Origin: Phoronis australis
Taxonomy: Eukaryota > Animalia > Phoronida
Assembly (NCBI GenBank): GCA_002633005.1
Contig: NMRA01000428.1
Coordinates: 232,036-296,035, forward strand
Length of the DNA stretch: 64,000 nucleotides
Direction: 5' to 3'
Position 1 is the first letter of the stretch; each line of letters begins with the position of its first letter. Below are positions 50,048-62,722 of the stretch, piece after piece. A program made the position numbers and the translations under genes. Under the pieces are notes generated by a model, which was not told where the DNA came from, searched no databases, and saw only the letters and a list, made by a program, of their open reading frames with translations.

Positions 50048-51221
50048 CCCCTGATGACCGTTAGTGAAGAGTAATTAAAAAGAGAATTAGCAACATAACT
50101 GAAGCATTCTTTAATTACAATTTTGCCTTCCTTATAATTATTACTAGTAATGTTTGTTGTCGACATAATTAGCCATCATGACGGGGAAACGGCGCTTTTC
50201 TGATTACTTTTGTCGTGTACTGTGTCCTGTAAAAAGTAATTTTCATACCCATTCCGAAAATGCCGTCAAAGCGAACGTTGGCTTTCACTGGGAACACCTG
50301 GAATCAAATGCTAAGTGCTATAGGGATTCTGAAAATACCTGTCCTCATGAGTCTAGGAGGTGTCACTGAAGGCTGTCTACAGAGCTTAGACTACCGGTTT
50401 TTTACTCAAGAGTATTAACGTAAACTTACAATCAGTGTTAAGCGTTGATTCAAATGTTCGTTTAAATTCAGTGTAATACGCCGTAAAGCTACGATCATCC
50501 GTAGTGTTTGAATGTTACCAACTTAACCCGATTGCTAGAAAACGTTGTAAACCTGCAACGTATTACGAATCAATGCCAGATATTTGTTTGTCAAATCCAA
50601 TCCTGGAAAATATGTTTACACTGTTTGTCATCTAACCAACCTTAGTTCATTTGTTGAAATTTTCGATCATGTGTTAATGTTTCTTGTACTGTTGTACAAT
50701 TGTGTGGTCATGTCACAACATGTGAACCTGGTTTTGGTGACCAAGGTTGGCAAATATACACATACATGTAGGAATGCTGTGGAGAACTCCCCTGGAATTC
50801 ATGTGTTTTAGTCTAATTTCAGAGATATGATCATTTCCTCTAGGTCCTGGACATTTGTCCTGAAGTGTCAAAATTGACAGGACACTTCGAAAATCACCTG
50901 GAAAAATTAGCCATTGGAGTAGGGCGACAAAACTTTGACCCAAGTTGATTGTTGAGAAAACGAAAAGCTTTTAAACGTAATGGTTCTTTGATTTGGATCG
51001 TAAAGTTCGCGACAAAAATGGGGTGCATCCAGTCTACAATATGACCAGAAATGAACAAGTTTCAGGACTGAAGTAAATTCTTCTCTGAAAATAAGTCGGA
51101 CCCATGGCCCAGTCCTATTACTGACCCTTAGCAAAATGTCTTCTGTTTTTTGTCCTTCAGTACAATCACTAAATTTCGACGCACTGCAAAATTCCTCTTA
51201 ACCGTCTATACGCATAATAAA

Positions 51222-52841
51222 TCAGTTTTGGTCTTCCAAAAAGCGTAGACGGATTTCTCGCCCTATCTTGACAAATTGGGCCCAAACACTTTTTTTCCAA
51301 AGCAGAAAAATTGAGATCAGTGTACCATGTGACGTGTTCAGAACCATAAAGATGTACCAGGTGATCTCGTCATTGTAGATATTGGCAATGAATCCAGAAA
51401 TCCACGTCGTGCCTGCACAAAGGCAAAGGCGAACGATAATCGATATCAGGCTCCACTGCTGCGTTACCTGGTTCCGAATTTGCATGCGCATTTGAAACAA
51501 ACGACCAAAAATCACTGCAATAATGACAACATTTACCCCGACCGACACGCCTACGGGAGCACCAAAGAAGTAAGCAATGGCACCAGGTTCAGCGATCCAA
51601 CAAATTTCGTTACCATATCCTATTTTCAGCGGCGAGTCGGGGACAAAATCCAATGCGCACGACGAACCGACGATCAGGAGAGGAACCAAAGCGATGAAAG
51701 GAACTTGCTTTATTATGGAGCGACTCCTGTTGGAAGCTGAGTTAGCCACCATTGCCTCTGTGCTCCACGTCACATTAGCAACCGAGAAACAAAAACATGT
51801 CGAGCATGTAAAATAGAATAAATACAGGTAATGGGAACTGATTGCCATGGAGATGCAGAGGGGCCTTAAGACAAATGCTTGAGCGCCGAACTGGAACGAT
51901 GCTTGTGCTAGACCAAGAGAGGAACACAGTAGGATTATGTGGGGTCCCCCTTGAGAAGATCGCATTTCCTTGAACAATGCATGCACTAACGTGGTGCATA
52001 CGAGACTTACTATGGAGATTATCGTCAACCAAAAAGAAACCAAGGAAGCCGAGCTCTTCTTAAGTAACACTTCAGGTGAGCACTGTCGCTTAACATCCTC
52101 CGTGATGTTGTAATATTCTTCTTGACAAACTTCAATGGTGGAATCATCCACTATTCGAAACCACTTTTCGAAGGTCGGTGGCTCGCATGAGTTATTTAAA
52201 GCCATTAAGTTCAAAGTATTGATGGTGCTGAGGTTTATGTAAATGCGAGAACATGGCATGAGCACTGATTCCAACGGAATTTTCCCTTCTATACTTTCAG
52301 CATAAATTCGTATGTGTCCCTCCGAGTGTTGGCCAAACATGGGAAGGTGACTAAAGAAAGATTCGGACACGCTCTTTGAGTGAGTAAAAGCTTGGATAGG
52401 GTTCACCTCCGACCTGATAACAACTTCATTTCGGATATTAAGGAACTCTGAATAATTTCTCAAACTCTTGGGAAGTTCTTGATGCTGGAAAGTGCCGTCT
52501 AAAGCCGACGCATTATGCAGCTTACACGTAACCATAAACTTGTAATACGGCGCATACACGAATCCACCAAACAGTTCGAACCAACCCCCTAAAACCTCTT
52601 TGGTATGTACGTCCAATCTTCGTGGCCAAAAGTTTGGTCTGCCCTGGCGACTTTTCATTACGTTGATAGTGGCCTTGATAAACTGTGACGCTTTAATCGA
52701 TTCAAGCACGTCTGACCATGCTGTAACAGGTGTTATCACTTCGATAACATACATAAGCCTCATTACCTTCTTGTAAAACTCTACACAGATTCCACAGTGA
52801 AGAAAACGCATAGGCCCACAGTGAAGATTAACATAGTAGCC
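51222..52841 (-). CDS. Secretin/adhesion-class (7tm_2, Methuselah-like) GPCR, terminal exon
   Basis: Seven hydrophobic segments with SIVSL..T..VH, LC..MA...HY.YL..F, GYG...CWI, G.TWI.GF, LN...G..I; acceptor tttatttccag ending at 52842; no GPS motif seen. Confidence 0.85.
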   Translation of the reverse strand, partial: GYYVNLHCGPMRFLHCGICVEFYKKVMRLMYVIEVITPVTAWSDVLESIKASQFIKATINVMKSRQGRPNFWPRRLDVHTKEVLGGWFELFGGFVYAPYYKFMVTCKLHNASALDGTFQHQELPKSLRNYSEFLNIRNEVVIRSEVNPIQAFTHSKSVSESFFSHLPMFGQHSEGHIRIYAESIEGKIPLESVLMPCSRIYINLSTINTLNLMALNNSCEPPTFEKWFRIVDDSTIEVCQEEYYNITEDVKRQCSPEVLLKKSSASLVSFWLTIISIVSLVCTTLVHALFKEMRSSQGGPHIILLCSSLGLAQASFQFGAQAFVLRPLCISMAISSHYLYLFYFTCSTCFCFSVANVTWSTEAMVANSASNRSRSIIKQVPFIALVPLLIVGSSCALDFVPDSPLKIGYGNEICWIAEPGAIAYFFGAPVGVSVGVNVVIIAVIFGRLFQMRMQIRNQVTQQWSLISIIVRLCLCAGTTWISGFIANIYNDEITWYIFMVLNTSHGTLISIFLLWKKSVWAQFVKIGREIRLRFLEDQN

Positions 52842-53614
52842 CTGGAAATAAAAAAATATTTGTGTGTATTAGAATAACATGTAAGTGAGCACGAATAGCA
52901 AAAATGCTTTTACTTATGATCAAAACGTTCATTACTTTCGTCATTGACACTGGAGTCTCGGTGGTATTCAACAGAGGGGACCACATTAGCCACCGAAGGG
53001 AGGAAATGAAGGAACGACACGGAAAGTTTGAACGAATTTCGATCGGGGACGGTTTTTTGCTACGGGAAAGGAGGCACGATCTTACCCCGTGACTGATAGT
53101 CAAGGCATTTGCGCTGAGAAATGATGCAACGACGCCGGTTGACATTAAGTTGTAAACAAGTAACTAAAATTAGCAGTGGGACTACAAGTTGATTAAAATT
53201 AATGTTCTTTATGCACAAAAAAACCGTTTAGTTTCCAGACAGTACAACAGTAGTTTCAAAGTCTATAATACTTCCACTATCAGTCTAGTCTATTGTTGAA
53301 GTGTCCAAGTTCTCTTCTGTTCGGCATCACATCGGACATGCCTACCATTCGTCCACGAATACGAGAGAACCAAGATATTTCAAAGTATTCTCCTGAGGTC
53401 AAAAGAGAGACTTTGCTGGATCATGCAGCTGTGCTTAATTCAATAGACGATTTTTCATATTGGCACTTTCTAAAGAAATGAGAGCAGGAAAGTGGACAGA
53501 AATTCCGTTACTATAGAGTGGCAGAAGAGTAAATTCCACCGTCAGCTGCACCCATTTTGCTTAGTTTGCTAATTTATTTTAACTTTTTGAATGGCTGAGA
53601 TAAAAATTATCTCA

Positions 53615-54350
53615 CTTTATCAGCCACAGCCACTGGCGTTTTGTGGATATTTCTTCGCACTTGGAAATGTATGGAACGTGATGTCCTTGTTCATCCAGCG
53701 ATATTTCAAAAGATTTTGTTTTTTTCTTCATGCATTAGTTCATTCCAACCCACGGCAGCGGAAAATGTGGTTTGTTTGTATTTGTGAACATATTGAGAAT
53801 GAAAAAAGACGACTTGATCGGCTGTAGCTGCACTCTTCTTCACTATGGCAGGCCCCTGTTGCATTTGTGCATTGCTGGGTAGCAACTGAGCAATTTGCAG
53901 TGACATCAGGTACACCTTAAACAAACCAGATTTGCAAAAAAACTAGTTGGTTGAAAGTACATTTGTACCACATATTTGGAGTCGGTAGGAAATTTGATTT
54001 CGGAGTCTGTTTGCTTTATTCGAGCATCGGCAGGGAAGTGGTGGTTTTGGATTAAAAAGTGCCGATTTGGCATTTTTATCCCCTATTTTTAGTTTAGCCT
54101 GGTCTTCAGTGGGAGTGAAAGGGTCAAAAATACAAGAGAGAATAAAGCTTCTGGTCTCATCTAAAAGGCTTTTGATATGAAATGACTCGAAACTTTTCTT
54201 TCTTTGCATGCAGTTTTTGACAGATTGAAGAAAGGGTGAAGAGTTCATCCACGTGTGTTCTGATAGGCAAAAACCTGTGACAACTGTTCTGTGCCTCCTA
54301 AACATCCGAGTTATCACGTTCCCCTCAAAGCATTGAACAAGAAGGACGTA
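53615..54350 (-). CDS. Probable upstream ectodomain exons of the GPCR (structure unresolved, possibly disrupted)
   Basis: Open Cys-containing frame 54349-53971 with AG/GT ends; Cys and NxS/T-rich segment after the acceptor at ~53917; stops or frameshift downstream. Confidence 0.35.
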
Positions 54351-54974
54351 CCTGTATTGTGACAATTCTCTAGCGAATAAACGAAACGAATAAATAATGT
54401 GCACTAGCAGGATTGTTCATTTTGTTAGCTTATAGGTATACAGGTGTATGTAATTTGAAACAGAATACATTATTTGAAAATTTTCACAGCGAGGACTTTT
54501 TGTTTGACAGCTGATTACAGATTTGCACTGAATGAGTAGCTCACAGGTACCGCACGCCTGGGCCAATTTCGTCAGTCTTACGGGCTTCCTACTGTGTGAT
54601 ACATTCACACTTTCTGATTGGAAGCCAGGTGTTCCTGCTGCAATCGTATATTTCAGTGTTTATTTCGCCTCGTATCTTAAGTTCACCCAGACGATGAGAC
54701 CTTCCTTCTCGAAATGTAGCTAGTGACTAATTAGACACTACCAGAAAGTCTGTATATTAATACAAACTCGCTAAAAGCTGTCGAACAAAAAGTTCACTGG
54801 TGCTTTGGACGTATTTTTTACCAGAGAGTTACAAACATTTCTTTACGTAATGGGATCACTTACAAATTGAATGGTAAGCGAATGTACCATTGTCACGGAT
54901 TTTCATTAAGCTAACAAGTTTGTTGACACCCCAATATTTTCCTTGGATGAATTTCGAAATGCTGGACATACTAG

Positions 54975-57900
54975 TGTTGTGAATGTTGGTTTGTGTGGTC
55001 TCGTCTTTCGTGTTGTCTTGTGTGTTTGTGTTCGTCGGTGGGTTTCCGTAATTGGCCGGATGTTGTAAGTTCTAGTATTGTCACGTGACTGGGGAATCAA
55101 GAGAGCTCTCTGTTCGTGTGGCCCTGCTGCACACAGGACGTTTGCGTTTGTGGATCTTCATCTCAAACGTGTATTCAAGCTTTCATATGAGTAAAGGTAA
55201 GCTGCACGAGAACCTGTGTATCAAGTCAGAGCATTTGGCGTAGTTACTACGTGCAGTTTCTACCTTTACACCGAGTGGCGCGTAGTTCAAAGTAACTTTC
55301 GTGGATTTGTTTCCATTGTCGCTCGGTACCACCCGTGTCGTGGAGGATAGGTGACTGAACACGGGTGTTCAGCTGTTTCGTTTATTGCATTCTTCATTTT
55401 TGTCTGGTATTGGTATAATTTTTGGTATTATTATTTACTATTTCAGTCTTTGCAGACTTAGTATTTCCCTAGTGCCACACCCATTTTGGGCACCTTATAA
55501 TGACATCCAAGATTGTTATCAATTCTTGTGACGCTGCAACACTGTTGGACCTTCCGGGTATGACTACTGATGTTGCTGCTGCAGTTATGGACTTCAGAGC
55601 AATATTAGCTATTACTCCGGAGAATGTGTGCAAGATACATTCCAGTTGGAAGCCAACCAAAACTCTGCAGAAGTCCATAGATTTTACAGTCCCATGTGGT
55701 CTGCCTGAAGATTTGGAGTAGTCAAGGTTTGTGACGAATTTGGTAAGAAAACCTCATCAATACTTACCTCTAGCCCTGACTATTCATTTTCCAAGTTGGC
55801 AGCTAAACTGACTCCGTCGTCAAAGACTGGTAGTGGCGTTGCTTATGCAAAGTCTCATTCGCATACTGGCATGTCACCTACGCCCTCTGGCTCTGGCACT
55901 CATTACTTGTCACGTCTCCCACGCAACCTAATCTTTAGTGGCAAGTTAGGTACATGGGAGGACTTTCTTTGGAAATTCAGTAATGTTGACCGAGACAATT
56001 TTTGGTCAGGTCAAAAATGTAGAACGGAGCTGGGCATGTGCTTGGAAGGTGATGCCTCTCGTTGGTTTTTCAACCATATTAAAGCTCATCCACACTCAAG
56101 TTTCGACCAAATTGTGGATCATATGACCTATCGTTTTGGGGCAGATGTCCAGTGCAATGAAGTGCACCAACTTAGGTTCCAAGCAGACTTCTAACGAGTC
56201 CTTAGAACAATGCGCTGACCGTCTTATAAGTTTATTCTTGTTGGCCTTTCCAGAGGCGAAGGACTCTGATGAAGCTCAGGCGGTTCTTCGGTTCTGTTTA
56301 TGTCTACGGGATAGAGAGGTAGCGCAGTTGGCTATAAACAGTCGACCAAGTACACTCACGGCTGCCTTGAATGCCGCTAGGTGGTTTTCAACAACCAAAG
56401 ACTTGATGGCTACTTCCAATTCACCGAAGTCGGAATCTTTTTGTAGAGAAGGGAATATGGAAGGAGATGAAGTTGCTGTTCGCCAAGTAACCAAAAAGCC
56501 AGCTCTTAAGTTCATTCCTCGTGGCTCCTTAGAGTCTCGATAAGATGTTCTTGAGGGTAGGTGCAATGACTTAGATGCGTCGGTTTCTTTCCTTATGACT
56601 GACAATGCTAAGCTTCATAAGAAGATGGATGAGTTAAAGTCTGACCTTTTAGAAAATCGGAGGGAAGTATCAAATAATTTTAACAAGTTGTTTGCAATGT
56701 TACAGACACAGTCGCCGAAGCCACCTTCTCCATCTTCACCAAGAGTTTCACCGAGTTCATCTCTGGGAAGATCTTCTAATCCTCCTCCCAGGTGTTTCAG
56801 GTGTGGAAAGCTGGGTCATTATCAGTCGGCTTGTTGGAATTCTGTTTCAGCTCGTCGAATGAACTTTGACCTCCCTGACAGTAAGAAAGTAGTTGGCCTG
56901 TTAGGTTTCTTGAAGAAATCGGTTCAGAAATTCGTGAAACGTACTAGTTCGACTGAGGCTTTCCTTTCCAAGACAGCTGAGTCATCTACTCAGACTGCTG
57001 GTGAGTTCTCTGTACCTTCAACTGAAGATGATAGTACTGTATCTAATCCAGTAGATAGTATTGAAGTTCCAGACTCATCAGTTGATAATATTGCATATGA
57101 CTCATTGATTACTCAAGATGTTGCAGTTACTGTTTCACAGAGTGTCCCACTAACTCCAGGGGGGCTGTCTCAGCCTGATTTCATACGAGATGTGGCAGTG
57201 AGTAGGAACGTCTGTGTCTCTCCTGCAGCGTCAATTGGTGACTCCGTTCCAGAGACCATCAAGATTAAGAAGAGTGCACATGCATTTCTTCCCAAAGTAG
57301 ACAAATGCGTTGGAACTAGGCAAGTGATTACGAATCCTGACTCCAACCCTATACGGGCTACTCAGTCACTTTCTCCATGTGACCTTGACGAGACAGATTT
57401 CGGTCTGTCCGGCATTTTTGCTTCAGATGGTGCAGATAATGAAAAGTTTGATCTGAAACCTGATGACTGTTTCATTTATAACAATACAACATCTCCAAAT
57501 GTTTTAATATTTCAGTCCGCAGATACTGATTTTACTTTCATTATTAATCGTGAGGTCACGCAACCAGCAGACCTCATGTTCTGTCCACCATCTGTTAATT
57601 TTCTGTAGTAGCTTACTGTGCTACCTTGCTGTTGCTTGTTGTTTTGTGCACTATATGTTCTGTGTTCATTACTTGTTCATATGGTCCAAATGTTAATAGC
57701 TTTTTTTAAAGTAAATTCTTCTTGTCACAAGTTTAAATTTTTTGACCACATGTACCTTGTAACTAGTATTTTTCAATTTTTCAAGTATCCCCAGTCATGT
57801 ACTTTTGTGAAGTATTTAATTTTTTTATTGTAAATCCGGCCACATAGGTTTTAGTTACTCTAGTATTTTTCGTAGTATAGTTCTTAATTTTTCATAATGT

Positions 57901-58263
57901 ATATTAGACATTGGTCAGTTTATTTTTTACTATTTCATTAGTTAAGGGGGAGTAAAGGTTGGGTGGTGTTTTTTTATCATTTTTCTATTTAGGGAGGGGA
58001 GGAATGTTGTGAATGTTGGTTTGTGTGGTCTCGTCTTTCGTGTTGTCTCGTGTGTTCGTGTTCGTCCGTGGGTTTCCGTAAGTGGCCGGATGTTGTAAGT
58101 TCTAGTATTGTCACCTGACTGGGGAATCAAGAGAGCTCTCTGTTCGTGTGGCCCTGCTGCACGCAGGACGTTTGCGTTTGTGGATCTTCATCTCAAGCGT
58201 GTATTCAAGCTTTCATATGAGTAAAGGTAAGCTGCACGAGAACCTGTGCATCAAGTCACAACA
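54975..58263 (+). mobile_element. Gag-only (pol-less) Gypsy-type LTR retrotransposon, 3.3 kb
   Basis: 259-bp LTRs 54975-55233 and 58005-58263 (TG..CA; 10 mismatches by my count); CTAG TSD; PBS TGGCGTAGT (55236, tRNA-Ser-like); PPT AGGGAGGGGAGGAA. Confidence 0.92.
55500..57608 (+). pseudogene. Disrupted gag: HhH-like N-terminus, capsid, coiled coil, CCHC knuckle, Ser/Asp-rich tail
   Basis: INSCDAATLLDLPG...AAAVMDFR; FSGK.GTWEDF..KF; CLEGDASRWF; CFRCGKLGHYQSAC; two frameshifts plus stops. Confidence 0.8.
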
Positions 58264-60053
58264 CTAGTACACCATGATATTTGGCCTTAAAAAAACCACA
58301 AGATCAGATTAAATAACGAAATTATACCTTCCGGTGTCGACAACTAAGTCATAATTCGCACAACAGAATCGCGTGAAACGTTGTGTGAATTTTCTATGCA
58401 AATCTGATATTTAAATTGAAAAAGATATCTTAACTTAGGATTACTATCAACGTCACTTTGCCAGCCCTGTATGTACATGTAACAATGTACAACACGCTAG
58501 ACAAAAATATTAATAAATGATGTCTCACACGCAACACCCTGGTTCAACCAAAGCTCATAAAAACCACATTTACACAGAAGTTTTTAATTGCATATGTCCA
58601 GTTATAGCGACTCCTTCCACTGAAATGCAAAGTAGGCTACAAATCGTAGGATGCTTCTGTTGATACAGGCCAGTAGGGCGGTAAAAATTATTGAGGAGGG
58701 GGGGGCACAAACCAATTCGACCTTGGCAATTTGCCTCCTTCCTATCATCATACCCTCCCCCCGTTCTCTGGATGCCACCACATTTGTACCGACCCCCCAC
58801 GTCCACCATAGGTGGATTGGGGGGGGGGGGGCGGTTAATACCTGATAAGCAGTCATCAGGATTAGTAACTGAAAAATGAACCAACAAAGTTTCAAGGAGA
58901 GTAAGAATGGGTCTAAGGCCAGAGCACTGACGGGTAGCTTGGATACAACAATGGATTCGATGAACTAAAGCTACACTGTAGTCGCTGATCAGCTCAGCTG
59001 TGTTTCATTTTAGACAGGCAGTTTAGCTCGTACCCATTCCTCTGCGCTGACTCTAAGGTCAAGGTTCGTTTTACTATGATCAAGTTTCGAAAAAACTTCA
59101 TTTTATCATGGCCATTCTTCGAAGGAATTTTTTGGAAAGGTGAGGTCCCGAAGTCCCTGTTAGGAGTCCCTTTGTGTCCGTTTCAAAATCGCTTGATGAA
59201 ACACAGGCGGTATTCCACTTTCTTGTGGCTGAGGGAAATGATACAGAGTGTGTCCCAAAAATGTACACACTTCATATCGTGGGTGATTCAGTCGTGACGT
59301 GCTCCGTGTGTGTAGTATGCACAGGAATGGAAAGCAAATGGTTCAGTTTTGAAGAAAATTCTTTGCGTAATACAATTAGAAATTAACAACGTCGAGGAAG
59401 TGCAAAGAGAACCTTTCGAATTTGATGACCAATAAATTTAATTTTATATATTTAAATACTTTAACTTTATCGATCTACGGTTTGTGAAATCAAACCCACT
59501 AATCAATTTCCTAAGTCACTAAACAGCTTATTGTCATTTGAACTGTGAGAAATTTTTGTGACACTTTGTATAGCTGTCCGACATTCATCAATATTTTTGA
59601 GACTTCTTTCAGACAGACAAATCAAATCATTTAGTGCACGTTTATACACTGTATTTGGGGATCTGATGTTAGATCGATTTTTTTCAATGTCTGCTTTCAA
59701 GTAAGTTCGTTGAAGCATTGTCATTTCTTACAAGAGTAGCTTCTAATTGTAAAAAAATCATCAGGCCATCAGCTCATTTTCGTAAATACATAAAAATGTA
59801 ATTCAGAATCCAACAATCGAATCCATGAGCAATACGTTTACCTTGAATTAATGACTTAAGTCCTTTTTGATCCCCTGTTAGTGAGTTTAAACGACAAATC
59901 TTGTACCGAAGTCAAAAACCAATGCACTTATTGACATTTTAATTGTTAGTAAATCTTTGGGAATTGTCCAAATTTCATCAATGTCTTTGCGAGTTATTTT
60001 AGATAAGCAAGGAGCGTCCAAGTGCATTTTAGTATTTGGGGATCTGATTATAG

Positions 60054-60155
60054 TATATATATACATATACATATACATACAATGTATACATATACATATA
60101 CAATACATATACAATACATATACATATACATATACAATACATATGCATATACATG
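60054..60155. repeat. (TATACA)n microsatellite
   Basis: Direct reading. Confidence 0.9.
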
Positions 60156-60943
60156 TATTCACAATGAAAAGTATGTCTGTTTGTTTTCTCCGGCTGAGAG
60201 AAACTGGCAAACTGGCAGTAGTTAAATCAAACATGTTCTATTTTAAAAGAAAATTTATGTGAAATGCTTTTGTGAAAATATTTGTGATGAACAATATAAC
60301 AGTTCGTCAGAAATTATACGAAATTGTTGCTAATTTTTCAAAGAACCATTGTTGAAATTTTTATCATCGTTTTTCAACTTCATCACAGCTGAAGTTAGCT
60401 AATGTGCTGATTGTAACGTAAATTAAACCAATTAATGTGTTTGGTAATTAACGGTATTCTGTTAGGACGAAATGAACAAATCAGATTTTACTCGTTGCAT
60501 CACAATAACGTGAATTTGCTGCTGCACTATACTTTAAAACAGGTCCAGGCATAATTAGTTGTCTTTAGGAACACAACCATCTAATTGTTAACAATGACAA
60601 ATTTTCTAACATCTGAAGATGGACCCTGGTCATCCAGACAACAGTACCCAAGCAGGTGACGCCAGTGTTGAGACTCACAAAATTTTGACTTTCTTTTCAT
60701 TGTTCTATTTGTATTATTTTGAATGAGATTGACATGGCTCCCTTGGTACTCTCTAAGTCCGCTACTGACAGCCACATTTAAAACGAATGTTTCGGAGCTG
60801 GAACGATGTCAGCACTCGATATGTCACTATGAGGTACATGTTTTCGTACAGCCTGCTTCAGGAGGCCTTACTGGCTACAGTTGGTAGAGCTGACTCCTTC
60901 CTTTAAGTTTCGCAATTTGACTCGCACAACATATGCACATCAG

Positions 60944-61069
60944 GGCTGGGTTGCATAAAACTTCAAATGTTGTCCGCTGAATAATTTTAATTGTTGCAAT
61001 AAGAAAGTGACAAGTGCTAATGCGATGTCATTGTTGCTATACGGCGTATAACTTTTATGCAACTGGGCC
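60944..61069. mobile_element. 126-bp PIF/Harbinger-like MITE
   Basis: TIR GGCTGGGTTGCATAAAA / TTTTATGCAACTGGGCC; CAG on both sides. Confidence 0.6.
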
Positions 61070-61459
61070 CAGGTGACAGCTCTGTCTCTAAGAAGGAATA
61101 ATTACTTATTGTAGGAAATCAAGGTGGACCAACAGTCTTTCTCTTGCTGAAAATTTGAAAAATCAACAAGAAGTCCAAAATTTGAATTCTGTAACTGTGT
61201 GATTTTCTGGAAATTCCCTCACAAATGAAATTGAACTACACCGTACTAGACTTTGTGAGATGGTCCTTTCGTCAGGTATTGTTCGTTAAAGACATTTTTG
61301 ACGAGCTTTCGACTGAGTTCCATGCCTCTTTGCTAGTGAAGAAAACATGTTACAGTGTTATTTTGAGAGATTTTTGGTCAATAAAGTACCGTTGCCTAGC
61401 CTTTATGTTGTCATTTCTCAAACAGCCATGGATTGTGTTACTTGGCTGCCATTTTGTTT

Positions 61460-61960
61460 TTCCAGATTTGATCTTGAACTCAACATCAACATAAGGATCA
61501 CTGAGCCACACGAGATTCAGCGTGACCAAAAAGTAAGTGTGTCGAATTCGGTGTTTTAATCAGTGGTGTAAACGTTTGCGGGTTCAGAGCCTGGGATATT
61601 TGTAGAGCACGTACATCCAACAAAGGCTCTACACACTGTACTGAACGTGGACACTGTTTTGACAATATCAGGACCGCCACCAGTGAGCCAAATAAGGACA
61701 AGTTTTACTCTGTGCAATCTTTGTACATAACAGATCAACGTGCTAGAGCATCTTAAAAAAATAGCTAAGTAGTGGACCTCTAAATCTGTTCTAGATGCAT
61801 TGTATTGCATGTGGTATCAACCATCGTACTTTTGATATTTACTTATTGTTACAGTATTTTTTAATTTTGTGTTTTTTTCTAAGCCTATACTGTTACTTGT
61901 ACATATATTGTCTGATGATGCTATTAAAATAAAGGCGAAACGTTGTAAAGTGAGCCTTCC
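61460..61960 (+). mobile_element. Highly decayed Penelope-like 3' end with a hammerhead motif
   Basis: NINIRITEPH...RDQK and VLDALY...QPS resemble GIY-YIG C-terminal motifs; HHR motif ~90 bp downstream. Confidence 0.45.
61905..61950 (+). ncRNA. Minimal hammerhead ribozyme motif
   Basis: CTGATGA (61912-18) T GCTATTA-AAA-TAAAGGC GAAA (61937-40) CGTT. Confidence 0.65.
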
Positions 61961-62722
61961 AGCCACTGTGACTATAATTTGCTTTCTGGTTTTGATACCT
62001 TACCAAGTCCATTCCCATACTCTGCTTGTGAATATCAGCCATTAGTGATCCTATCTCAAGAGTTAATCTAGTTCTAATACTTCAAAATGTATACCTTAAG
62101 TATTATGCACAATTTTGTACCTCCACCGAAATAAATTTCATTTAGTGTTCCTGCCCTTTCTCTGCAGACTTGACTTCTCAGTAGGGCTACATCGGTTTAG
62201 GAAAAACACCTGTTGCGAATGACGGGTTGGCTTGTTTAAATATGTTTGCGTTGAGGACTGAAATTGCGTCTCTGGTACGGTACTTCAGTTTTCGCATAGC
62301 CCTTCACCATTGAGCCACTGGGTGAAGTATAGATTCTCTAATTCGATTTTGTGTTATATTTTATTTGTGTTGTGTTGACCAGGTTTGTTTGTCACCTTCA
62401 GATGTGCTGAACTGTGTCATTAGTGGTTTGAGCGCATGAGCTCTCAGTAACCGTTCAATGTTACGCAATTATGTGCAGAGCTTAAAGTGTAAATTGCAAG
62501 GTCTCAACCAATCTGAACAACAATATGCTCTAAATTCGTGTTTATAATTATTCTTGCTATATTCTTAACATTAACTGAATAGTTCAGTTGCGAGTTTTAA
62601 TGCGCATGTACCGTAGTATGAATGACGTCACCGGATGTGGGGCAAAAATCGGCTAGCGTGGTCTTGTATCGAGTGTTGTGTATCGAGTATTTGAGAGTTA
62701 TTTTTGTGTTGTTTGTCGGAAA

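Noticed and set aside
53620-53760. Selenoprotein-like in-frame TGA run in a GPCR exon
   Set aside because: No SECIS seen and no precedent in this family; splicing, frameshift or decay explain it more simply
59400-60260. Possible host exons on the minus strand
   Set aside because: Short frames with stops, interrupted by a microsatellite; no family recognised
60783-60820. Hammerhead candidate (minus strand CTGACAT...GAAACATTC)
   Set aside because: Core mismatched and no stem II
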